A stretch of 55,340 nucleotides of DNA from the NCBI GenBank assembly GCA_029262755.1, contig JAJCYU010000060.1, positions 1 to 55,340 on the forward strand, given 5' to 3'. Under the pieces are notes generated by a model. That model was not told where the DNA came from. It was given only the letters and a program-made list of their open reading frames with translations, and ran no database searches. Within the stretch, counting starts at the first letter, position 1, and every line of letters starts with the position of its first letter. The position numbers and the translations under genes are program-made. Positions 44,370-52,369 of the stretch are shown here, one piece after another. This DNA comes from Anaerolineae bacterium. GTDB lineage: Bacteria > Chloroflexota > Anaerolineae > Epilineales > Epilineaceae.

Positions 44370-44500
44370 CGAGGGTATGCTGACAGAAGGAATCCGGACG
44401 TACAAGAGTTCCACCGCTTGACACGCCGTCGCCTCACCGTACCCTTTGGCGCCCCGCAGGCCATGCCCAACCGTGGGCTGGAATCGTGACCAGGAGTCCG

Positions 44501-45190
44501 ATGATGAGCCCCGTTGCATTGCGCCTTACCGCCTTGAGCGGTCTATGTCTTGGCCTCGGCCTTTCCGCCTGTCGCAACGCGGATGAAGCCGCAGAAACAC
44601 CGACCGCAGAGCCGACCGCGTTGACGGCGCTCGCGGTCGCGAGCCCCACGATCATCGCGCGCAGCGAGCCGACGGCAACGCCGACGATCGATCCCGCCGA
44701 CCAGCCGCTCTATCCGGTGGAGAGCGCGGAAATCGCCGGCGTGCCGGTTCCGCTCGCCGCGACGGTCGTCGAACACGTAGCCGGCACGGCCGACACGGAT
44801 GCCCGCCTCGAGCTCGCGATGCCCGATTACGACGAGCAGACGATCTACGACTGGTACTCCGAGCAAATGCCGTTGTTCGGCTGGAGCGACGTGGAAGACC
44901 GTGACGGCAGCCTGGTCTTCCTGCACGACGAGCAGCTCAGCGATCGCTTCGCGGACGAGGGGCTCAAGCGCACGGCCACCGTCCTCTTTTTCACGCTCAA
45001 CGACGAGGCCAGTTGGACCATGATCGTGGAAGAGCCCCTGGGCGCGGCCGAAGCCAGGGCCGAGGACGCTGGGGAAGACGAGGCGGAGGAAACGGAAGCC
45101 TCAGACGAGGGTGATGAAGCCGGCGCAGAGGACCCCGACGCCGGCGAGGACGATAGCGAAGACGGAGACGAGAGCGGCGAAGACGGCTAG
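44501..45190 (+). CDS. Hypothetical lipoprotein with acidic C-terminal tail
   Basis: ATG 44501 (AGGAG 5 nt upstream). MMSPVALRLTALSGLCLGLGLSAC is a lipobox signal. A T/P/A-rich spacer and a ~110-aa globular part follow. The C-terminal tail is Asp/Glu-rich (EDAGEDEAEETEASDEGDEAGAEDPDAGEDDSEDGDESGEDG). Confidence 0.7.
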   Translation: MMSPVALRLTALSGLCLGLGLSACRNADEAAETPTAEPTALTALAVASPTIIARSEPTATPTIDPADQPLYPVESAEIAGVPVPLAATVVEHVAGTADTDARLELAMPDYDEQTIYDWYSEQMPLFGWSDVEDRDGSLVFLHDEQLSDRFADEGLKRTATVLFFTLNDEASWTMIVEEPLGAAEARAEDAGEDEAEETEASDEGDEAGAEDPDAGEDDSEDGDESGEDG

Positions 45191-45299
45191 CCTACGCCGT
45201 CCGGCTCCGGACTGCGGCGACGAAGCGGCGACCAATCGCCCCGTACGACCGCCGCCCGTGTGCTAGAATGGCGGCGCTCGGCCCGGCCGTGCCGCCGAA

Positions 45300-45623
45300 G
45301 TGTACGGCGTAGTGGATACGAGCGGGAGCACGGTGAGAGAGCCTGTCGCGATCGTCTTTTTCCCCGAGGGTTCCGGCGTTCCCGAGCCGGTCCTCGATTG
45401 GCAAGCGCGCAATCCAACCTGGCGCGTTGTCCTTGACGATGTGATCACGTGCCCGGTGTGCGGGATTCCCGTCCGCGCTATCGCCGACGTCGCGTTGCTC
45501 GACGAAGCCGGTGTGCGGCGCGAGATTCAGCGCTACCGCGACGATTATCTGCGCGCCGCGTGCTCGGATCATGCGTGGCCCGCACAGGAATACTGGGCCG
45601 TGCTGGAGAGCCGCATCCGCTAG
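45300..45623 (+). CDS. Small hypothetical protein with CxxC...CxxH motif
   Basis: 107-aa ORF; an alternative GTG at 45333 lies after GGGAG. An extended -10-like TGCTAGAAT sits at 45261-45269. It contains ITCPVCG and ACSDH (a possible Zn site). No family recognised. Confidence 0.45.
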   Translation: MYGVVDTSGSTVREPVAIVFFPEGSGVPEPVLDWQARNPTWRVVLDDVITCPVCGIPVRAIADVALLDEAGVRREIQRYRDDYLRAACSDHAWPAQEYWAVLESRIR

Positions 45624-45682
45624 AGCCACCGCGGTGCGTTATACTCTCGCGGCAAGATCGCGCGGTCCCGTGCCGCGCATAT

Positions 45683-45765
45683 GGGGAAGTGGCGGAATTG
45701 GCAGACGCGCATGCCTTAGGAGCATGTGGGCATAGCCCGTGGGAGTTCGAGTCTCCCCTTCCCCA
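45683..45765 (+). tRNA. tRNA-Leu (anticodon TAG)
   Basis: Manual cloverleaf: acceptor GGGGAAG/CTTCCCC, D region TGGCGGAATTGGCAGACGCG, anticodon arm CATGC-CTTAGGA-GCATG (TAG), long variable arm GGGC-ata-GCCC, T arm GGGAG-TTCGAGT-CTCCC, discriminator A. A TATACT -10-like box lies at 45640-45645. Confidence 0.9.
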
Positions 45766-45854
45766 CCTGACGCCACCACTCGGCCGACCGAAGCGCGCGA
45801 GCCCGACCTCGTGCGCCACGTCGCCCTTTCCGTCCCCGACGAGGAGCCCCGACC

Positions 45855-47219
45855 GTGGAGATCACTACCGAAACCGTCGAGCCGCGCCAGGTCCAGCTCA
45901 CCATCGTGATGCCGGACGCGGTGCTCGACGCAGCAAGACGCGAAGTCGTCGCGGCCTTCTCTCGCGAGAACAAGATTCCCGGTTTCCGGCCGGGCAAGGC
46001 GCCTCGAGCGCGCGTCGCCGCGCTCGTCGGAGATGCTGCGATCGAGGAAGAGGCACTGGAGCGCGCCAGCCGCACGGTGGTGCAGCAGGCGGTCGAACAA
46101 GAGGGCTTGCGCCCATCGGCCCCGGTCAGCATCGAAAAGGCGTCGGACGAACCGCTAACCTTGCGCGCATTGGTCCCGCTTGCGCCTGAAGTCGATCTTG
46201 GCGATTACAATGCGCTGCGGGTCGAGTTGCCGGAACCCGAATCCGTGCCGGACGATGCGGTCGACGAGACCCTTGAGCGCTGGCGCAACGAGATGGCCGT
46301 CCTCGAGCCGGCCGAAGGCGCGGCCGAGGCCGGAGACGTTGTCCGACTTTCCCTCGTGGGCACCCTCGATGACAAGATCGTTTTCGAAGAGGAAGCGCTC
46401 TCGCTGCGTCTCGATTCCGAACAGGTCGCGGATGCCGGCGTGCCGCCGGAAGTCGTCGACGAGCTGATCGGCCTGGCCGCCGGCGAAAGCCACGCCTTCA
46501 CCCTCGTATACAGCGAGTTTTGGCCTCAAACGGAGCTGCAAGGCAAGACCGTTTCGTTCCAGGCCGAAGTGGACGGCGTCTCGCGATTGACGCTGCCGGA
46601 AATGGACGATGATTTGGCCCAGCAACTCGCGGACGTGGAGACGCTCGCCGAGTTGCGTGAAACGGTCCGCGCCCAGCTCGAGCAGCGCGCGCGCATGGCC
46701 GGCCGAGACACGCAGGTAGAACAGGTCGTCGATACGATGGTGGAGCGTGCGAACTTCGCCTACCCACCGCAACTTCTCGAGCACGAAGTGGCCGATGTCA
46801 TCGGCGATCTGCGCTCACGTGTGGAGCGACAAGGATTCCGCTGGGAACATTGGCTCGAGATGCAGAAGGAGAACGAGGACCAGATCCTCTCCGACGCGGA
46901 AGCGAGCGCGCGTCAGCGCTTGGAGCGCAGCTTGGTGATGACGGCCTTCGTCGAGCGGGAGGGTATAAGCGTATCCGCGGACGAAGTGCAACACGAAGTG
47001 GAGGCCTTCACGCAGATGCTTTCGGCCCCCGCGCGTCGCGGCATGCCGGATGACGAGACCCTGCGCCGCCAGATGGGCTCACGACTCCTTTCGAGCCGTG
47101 CGATTGCCCGTCTCATGGCCATTGTTTCGGGTGAGGCGGCTGATGCGCCTCCCGAAGCGTCGACCGAGATCGAAGCCGATCCGGAAGACGAGCACGCATC
47201 GGACGAATCCCAAGCCTGA
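45855..47219 (+). CDS. tig: Trigger factor
   Basis: 454 aa with a GTG start and GAGGAG 8 nt upstream. The ribosome-binding signature [14 protein letters not shown] is present. The tRNA-Leu-tig-clpP-clpX order is classical. Confidence 0.95.
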   Translation: MEITTETVEPRQVQLTIVMPDAVLDAARREVVAAFSRENKIPGFRPGKAPRARVAALVGDAAIEEEALERASRTVVQQAVEQEGLRPSAPVSIEKASDEPLTLRALVPLAPEVDLGDYNALRVELPEPESVPDDAVDETLERWRNEMAVLEPAEGAAEAGDVVRLSLVGTLDDKIVFEEEALSLRLDSEQVADAGVPPEVVDELIGLAAGESHAFTLVYSEFWPQTELQGKTVSFQAEVDGVSRLTLPEMDDDLAQQLADVETLAELRETVRAQLEQRARMAGRDTQVEQVVDTMVERANFAYPPQLLEHEVADVIGDLRSRVERQGFRWEHWLEMQKENEDQILSDAEASARQRLERSLVMTAFVEREGISVSADEVQHEVEAFTQMLSAPARRGMPDDETLRRQMGSRLLSSRAIARLMAIVSGEAADAPPEASTEIEADPEDEHASDESQA

Positions 47220-47332
47220 GTTGCGCGCTCCCAACGGCGCGCGGATGGGCTATCCTTGAGGGCCGGCGCGCGCGGATCCCGCGCGGGCTTAGCCACCGGC
47301 CAGACGGCCACCCGATGGAAAGGCACCCACAC

Positions 47333-48010
47333 ATGACCCATGCGACGATTCCCCCGCAGGCCATCGTGCCGATGGTCATCGAGCAGACGGGTCGCGGCGA
47401 GCGCGCGTACGACATCTACAGCCTGCTGCTCAAGGAACGCATCATCTTCCTTGGGACGCCGATTGACGATCAGGTAGCAAACCTAATCGTGGCGCAGATG
47501 CTCTACCTCGACCGCGAGGACCCGGGCAAGGACATCCACTTCTACATCAACTCGCCGGGCGGCGTCGTGTATGCCGGCCTTGCCATCTACGACACGATGC
47601 AGCTGATCCGCGCGGATGTTCGTACCACGGCCATCGGTACCACGGCATCCATGGCCACCGTGTTGCTCGCGGCGGGTACGAAGGGCAAGCGCCTCGCGCT
47701 GCCCAACGCCACGGTGCACATGCATCCGGCCGGCGGCGGCAGCCGCGGGTACGCGCGCGACGTCGAGATCCAGGCTCGCGAGCTCCTGCGGCTCAACAAG
47801 CGGATCCACCAGATCTTGTCGTTCCACACAGGCCAAACAGAAGAGCAGATCGCCACCGACTTTGAGCGCGACCGGTACTTGTTGGCGCCTGAAGCGGTCG
47901 AGTACGGTCTCGTCGACGAAGTACTGCCGGGCCCCGAGGGCCTCGCCCAGGCCGTCGGCGGTGAGGACCTCGATTTGAGCTCCCGTGCCAACGGGGACCG
48001 CGACGCATGA
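47333..48010 (+). CDS. clpP: ATP-dependent Clp protease proteolytic subunit
   Basis: ATG 47333 (GGAAAGG upstream; the track start 47315 is also possible). [59 protein letters not shown] (catalytic Ser) and VHMHPAGGG (His) are present. Confidence 0.95.
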   Translation: MTHATIPPQAIVPMVIEQTGRGERAYDIYSLLLKERIIFLGTPIDDQVANLIVAQMLYLDREDPGKDIHFYINSPGGVVYAGLAIYDTMQLIRADVRTTAIGTTASMATVLLAAGTKGKRLALPNATVHMHPAGGGSRGYARDVEIQARELLRLNKRIHQILSFHTGQTEEQIATDFERDRYLLAPEAVEYGLVDEVLPGPEGLAQAVGGEDLDLSSRANGDRDA

Positions 48011-49416
48011 CGAATCGGCCGCGTCGTCCCACCCATTTCTGCTCGTTCTGCAAGCGCCAGCAGGATCAGGTCAGTCGGCTGATCGCCGGCCCTGACTCCG
48101 TGTATATCTGCGACGAGTGCGTGGACCTGTGCAAGGAGATCCTGGCTGACGAGGAGGCGCGCGAGGGCGACGACGAGGTCTTCGTTCCTCGGGTGCCGCA
48201 TCCCCAGGAGATCTTCGACGGTCTCGACGAGTATGTCATCGGGCAGGAACGGGCCAAGAAGGTATTGGCGGTCGCGGTCTACAACCACTACAAGCGCATC
48301 GACGCCCGTGCTGGGACGCCGGAGGACGATGAGGAATCCGACCCGAGCACGAGCATGAGTGTCGGATCCGGCGCCGGCACGGGCTTCGCTCCGTCCGAGC
48401 GCGGGCGAGCACCGGACGGCGTTGAGCTTCAGAAGTCGAACATCCTGCTCATCGGCCCAACCGGGTGCGGCAAGACCTTGCTCGCCCAGACCTTGGCACG
48501 CTTGTTGGACGTTCCGTTCACGATCGCGGACGCCACGGCCCTTACCGAGGCGGGCTACGTGGGCGAGGACGTGGAAAACATTCTCTTGCGCTTGATCCAG
48601 GCGGCGGACGGGAACCTCGAGCGTGCGTCCAAGGGCATCATCTACATCGACGAGATCGACAAGACCGCCCGCAAGTCGGGCGACAATCCTTCGATCACGC
48701 GCGATGTCTCGGGCGAGGGCGTGCAGCAGGCCCTCTTGAAGATCATTGAAGGCACGGTCGCCTACATTCCGCCGCAGGGCGGCCGCAAGCATCCCCACCA
48801 GGACTTCTTGCAGTTGGACACCTCCGACATCCTGTTCATCTGCGGTGGCGCGTTTCCCGGTCTCGACGAGGCCGTGCAGAAGCGCGTCGGACGCGGCGGC
48901 AAGATGGGCTTCCTCGGCGACGACGGTCACGAAGACGTTCCGAACTCCGAGTTGCTGCACCACGCGCGCGCCGACGATCTGTTGGATTTCGGGCTGATCC
49001 CCGAGTTTGTCGGACGCCTGCCGGTGATCGTCTCCGTCGATCCGCTCGATGCGGCCATGCTCACGCGCATCCTGGTCGAGCCGCGCAACGCGTTGATCAA
49101 GCAATACCAGCACCTCTTCGCCCTCGACGGCGTGGAGTTGCAGTTTACCGACGATGCATTGATGGCAGCCGCCGAACAGGCGCTCTCGACCATGGCCGGC
49201 GCCCGCGGCCTACGCACAATCCTCGAACGCACCCTGCTCGACGTGATGTACGAGATTCCGTCCCGCGACGATGTCGCCAAGTGCGTGATCCGCGCCGAGA
49301 CCGTGAACGGCGACGCGCCGCCACTGTTGATCACGCGCTCCGAGTCTCGTGGTCGCACCAAGAAGGTGCGTGAGACCGTGGATGAAGACGAGCACGCGGA
49401 GAGCGAGTCCGCGTAG
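48007..49416 (+). CDS. clpX: ATP-dependent Clp protease ATP-binding subunit ClpX
   Basis: 469 aa. The start overlaps the clpP stop (ATGA). Zn ribbon: [28 protein letters not shown]. Walker A: [18 protein letters not shown]. Walker B: [12 protein letters not shown]-loop region and sensor motifs are present. Confidence 0.95.
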   Translation: MTNRPRRPTHFCSFCKRQQDQVSRLIAGPDSVYICDECVDLCKEILADEEAREGDDEVFVPRVPHPQEIFDGLDEYVIGQERAKKVLAVAVYNHYKRIDARAGTPEDDEESDPSTSMSVGSGAGTGFAPSERGRAPDGVELQKSNILLIGPTGCGKTLLAQTLARLLDVPFTIADATALTEAGYVGEDVENILLRLIQAADGNLERASKGIIYIDEIDKTARKSGDNPSITRDVSGEGVQQALLKIIEGTVAYIPPQGGRKHPHQDFLQLDTSDILFICGGAFPGLDEAVQKRVGRGGKMGFLGDDGHEDVPNSELLHHARADDLLDFGLIPEFVGRLPVIVSVDPLDAAMLTRILVEPRNALIKQYQHLFALDGVELQFTDDALMAAAEQALSTMAGARGLRTILERTLLDVMYEIPSRDDVAKCVIRAETVNGDAPPLLITRSESRGRTKKVRETVDEDEHAESESA

Positions 49417-49487
49417 TAGTCCGTATCGCGGAATCTCTTAGCTTCCGCTACCGCATCCACGTCCTGGTGCCCACATCGCGAACGAGG

Positions 49488-50360
49488 TCAGCCGCCATCG
49501 AGAAAGCAGCTGATCGCGTCCGCGATGCCAAGCGCCATCGAGTAGCGGTGTTCGTCCACGAACTCGCGATCATCGCCCAAGAAGGCTAGCTCGATGATCG
49601 CGGCCGGCGTCTCGGCATGAATCTCTCGGAACGCATAGTAGTTCCACATGTCGATCGTGATCGAACTGTCGTGGCGTGGAAGCATGGTTGCCGCGCCGTA
49701 GCGGTCGTAGAGGCAGGCGAGCAGCCGATCGTCCGCGGCCGGCGTGCTGCTGTACGGCCAACGCGAAGCACGAAATCCGGAGGCGCCGACGGGCGTGCAG
49801 CTGTCGGCGTGTAGCGAGACGAGCGCTGCGGCCCGGTAGCCTTGCAACGGCGCCTGCGGCGTGTCTGGATCATGCTCTTCGAGCAGATCTACGGCGATGG
49901 AACGGGTCTCGAGAATCGCTTGGGTGCGCAGCGCCACATCGACTGTGACATCCACCTCGTATAGGCCGTCGGGGCACACCGCCCCGGAATCATAACCCCA
50001 GTGCCCGGGGATCAGCCCGATGCGTCGGGGATCGATCGTGGGGGTCGGCACCGGCGTCGCCGCCGGCGGAACGGGCCCGACGATCGTCGGCATGGCGCCG
50101 GGCCCCGTGGCCGCGGCAGGACCACGTGCTGCGTCAGGGCCCGTGGCCAGAGGCAACGAGCCGGAGGCTTCGTCCAGCCCTCCGGAGGGACCGAGGTCGG
50201 CCACCGCCGTGCCCGTATGCAGATTCGGCGGACCCGAATCGCCGGCGCGTCGCGGCAGCATGCCGAGCCGCCGCGTGCCGGCCAACGCGAACACCACCAG
50301 CGCCGCCGCGACGAGCAGCACGCCGAGCAAGCGCCCAATCACCCCAATGCGTGCATTCAT
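49488..50360 (-). CDS. Membrane-anchored N-acetylmuramoyl-L-alanine amidase (Amidase_3 family)
   Basis: ATG 50360; the track TTG is at 50396. Signal anchor: IGVIGRLLGVLLVAAALVVFALAG. A Pro/Ala linker follows. IGLIPGHWGYDSGAV...EVDVTVDVAL...AALVSLHADSC...AAIIELAFLGDDRE matches the Amidase_3 Zn-ligand pattern. Confidence 0.8.
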   Translation of the reverse strand: MNARIGVIGRLLGVLLVAAALVVFALAGTRRLGMLPRRAGDSGPPNLHTGTAVADLGPSGGLDEASGSLPLATGPDAARGPAAATGPGAMPTIVGPVPPAATPVPTPTIDPRRIGLIPGHWGYDSGAVCPDGLYEVDVTVDVALRTQAILETRSIAVDLLEEHDPDTPQAPLQGYRAAALVSLHADSCTPVGASGFRASRWPYSSTPAADDRLLACLYDRYGAATMLPRHDSSITIDMWNYYAFREIHAETPAAIIELAFLGDDREFVDEHRYSMALGIADAISCFLDGG

Positions 50361-50680
50361 CCGCGCAAGGCTAGGCGGCCGAGCGATCACCGGCAAGGAC
50401 AGTCGTGCGTCGGATCCGATCGGAAGGTATGGAATCCTCGATGGCTCGCCATCCCGACGGGGCTGGATCTACAATCCTGGCTCGCTCGTGGGACCTTCGT
50501 CGAAGGGGCTGTCGGCAACGCGGTCGGGGACGCGTTCGTGATTGGTGCGGACATCTCCGCTCTTAGCAATGGCTCAGTCTCACCTCACGCGCCGTGGCCA
50601 CCCTTGCAACACCCTCCTCCGCTCCCCGCGGCCACGCTCCAGAGCCCTGTCTTGCCGGCCAAGCCGTCGACCGAGGATCT

Positions 50681-52294
50681 ATGTCTCCCACCCCGCAACC
50701 GAGCCTTCATCCCGTCGCACTGATCATTCTCGACGGTTGGGGCATCGCGCCGCCCGGACCGGGCAACGCCGTGACGCGAGCCCGCACCCCCGTCGTCGAC
50801 CGACTCCGCGCCGAGGGCCCGAGCGGCCTGCTCCGCACGAGTGGTCGAGACGTCGGGCTACCGGAGGGGCAGATGGGCAACAGCGAGGTGGGCCACCTCA
50901 ACCTCGGCGCCGGCTTCGTGGTCCGGCAGGAACTGACTCGTATCGACGAAACGATCGCCGAAGGCCGACTCTCCGACAACGAGGCCCTGCGCGCCTTGGC
51001 GAAACGTGTGATGCAACGAGGCGGGGTCCTGCACCTTGTCGGCCTGCTCGGCGACGGCGGCGTGCACAGCCATGACCGTCACCTACTTGCCATCGTGCGT
51101 GTTCTTGATGAGCTCGGCGTGACCCGCGTGGCGATCCACGCCTTGACCGACGGGCGTGACACCGCGCCGGACTCCGCCGCGGGCTTTCTGGCAACGTTGG
51201 AGGACGAGCTCCAGTCGATCGGCCTCGGCCGCGTCGCATCGATCGGAGGTCGCTACTTCACGATGGATCGTGACCAGCGATGGGGCCGGATCGAGCGCGG
51301 ATGGCGCGCAATCGTCGACGGGAGCGGCCCATGCGCAGCCGATGCGCATTCGGCCCTCGCGCAGGCGGCCGACCAGGGGATCAGCGACGAGTTCGTACCG
51401 CCCACCGTGATCTCCCGCGACGCCGACCCCGTGGGCATGGCGGCCGAAGACGGTGTGTTGCTCTTCAACTTTCGCGCCGATCGCATGCGACAGCTCCTGA
51501 CCACCCTGACCGATCCCGCCTTCGACGGTTTCGAGCGGCCGGGCATGCCGGAGGGTGGCTACGATGTCGTGACCCTCACGCGCTACCGGGTGGGCCAGAC
51601 AGCCCCGTCCGCTTTCGCACCGATCGAGGTTCAAGAACCCTTGGCGCACGTGGTTTCCGAGGCCGGTCTCGGCCAGTTTCATGCCGCGGAGACAGAGAAG
51701 TACGCGCACGTCACCTACTTTATCAACGGTGGTCGCGAGGCGCCCTTCCCCTGCGAGGATCGACGCATGGTGCCGTCCCCCGACGTCGCGACCTACGACC
51801 AAGCGCCCGCGATGAGCGCGTCGGCCCTGACCGACGTCGTCACCGCCCGTCTGCGTGAGCGTCGCGATGCTCTGCTTATCGTCAACTACGCGAACCCCGA
51901 CATGGTCGGCCACACCGGCGACATCCCCGCCACCATCCGGGCGGTGGAGGCGGTCGACACCTGCTTGGGCCGCCTTCTCGCGGTCTTGTCCGAGGTGGGC
52001 GGCACCGCGCTCGTCACGGCCGATCACGGCAACGCGGAGCAGATGATCGATCCAGAGACGGGTGGCGCCCATACGGCCCACACGACAAACCCGGTTCCGA
52101 TCGCCATCGCCGGCTCCCTGCCACGAACACGCGCAGCGTCATCAAGCGCTCTGCGCGAGGGCAGGCTCGCCGACGTCGCCCCGACGGTTCTCGACCTGCT
52201 CGGTATTGCCGCGCCTGCGAGCATGACGGGCCGCAGCCTGCTGCCCAACGGCTCTCCCAGGCCCCTCCGCACGCCCACCGTACAGGACGATTAG
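50681..52294 (+). CDS. gpmI: 2,3-bisphosphoglycerate-independent phosphoglycerate mutase
   Basis: ATG 50681 (GAGGA upstream; the track start is 50594). ALIILDGWG, GQMGNSEVGHLNLGAG (catalytic Ser), HLVGLLGDGGVHSH, ALTDGRDT, NYANPDMVGHTG and VTADHGNAE are present. Confidence 0.95.
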   Translation: MSPTPQPSLHPVALIILDGWGIAPPGPGNAVTRARTPVVDRLRAEGPSGLLRTSGRDVGLPEGQMGNSEVGHLNLGAGFVVRQELTRIDETIAEGRLSDNEALRALAKRVMQRGGVLHLVGLLGDGGVHSHDRHLLAIVRVLDELGVTRVAIHALTDGRDTAPDSAAGFLATLEDELQSIGLGRVASIGGRYFTMDRDQRWGRIERGWRAIVDGSGPCAADAHSALAQAADQGISDEFVPPTVISRDADPVGMAAEDGVLLFNFRADRMRQLLTTLTDPAFDGFERPGMPEGGYDVVTLTRYRVGQTAPSAFAPIEVQEPLAHVVSEAGLGQFHAAETEKYAHVTYFINGGREAPFPCEDRRMVPSPDVATYDQAPAMSASALTDVVTARLRERRDALLIVNYANPDMVGHTGDIPATIRAVEAVDTCLGRLLAVLSEVGGTALVTADHGNAEQMIDPETGGAHTAHTTNPVPIAIAGSLPRTRAASSSALREGRLADVAPTVLDLLGIAAPASMTGRSLLPNGSPRPLRTPTVQDD

Positions 52295-52369
52295 CGTGCA
52301 TCATCATGCCTACTATGCGACCGCCCCGTCCGCTATAATCCCGCGCTGACCATCCGACGGACGATATAC

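Noticed and set aside
41507-44489. Plus-strand ORFs 41507..42850, 42496..43830 and 43236..44489 (417-447 aa each).
   Set aside because: They are antisense to modC, modB, modA and mpg, all of which carry family-defining motifs. The translations are Arg/Pro/Ala-rich.
47587-49113. 508-aa minus ORF across clpP/clpX. Similar cases are 51083..52081 (antisense gpmI), 26802..27827 (antisense lspA), 12488..13801 (antisense NHL/VWA gene) and 37186..38199 (antisense response regulator).
   Set aside because: They lie opposite universally conserved genes with unambiguous motifs and have no motifs of their own.
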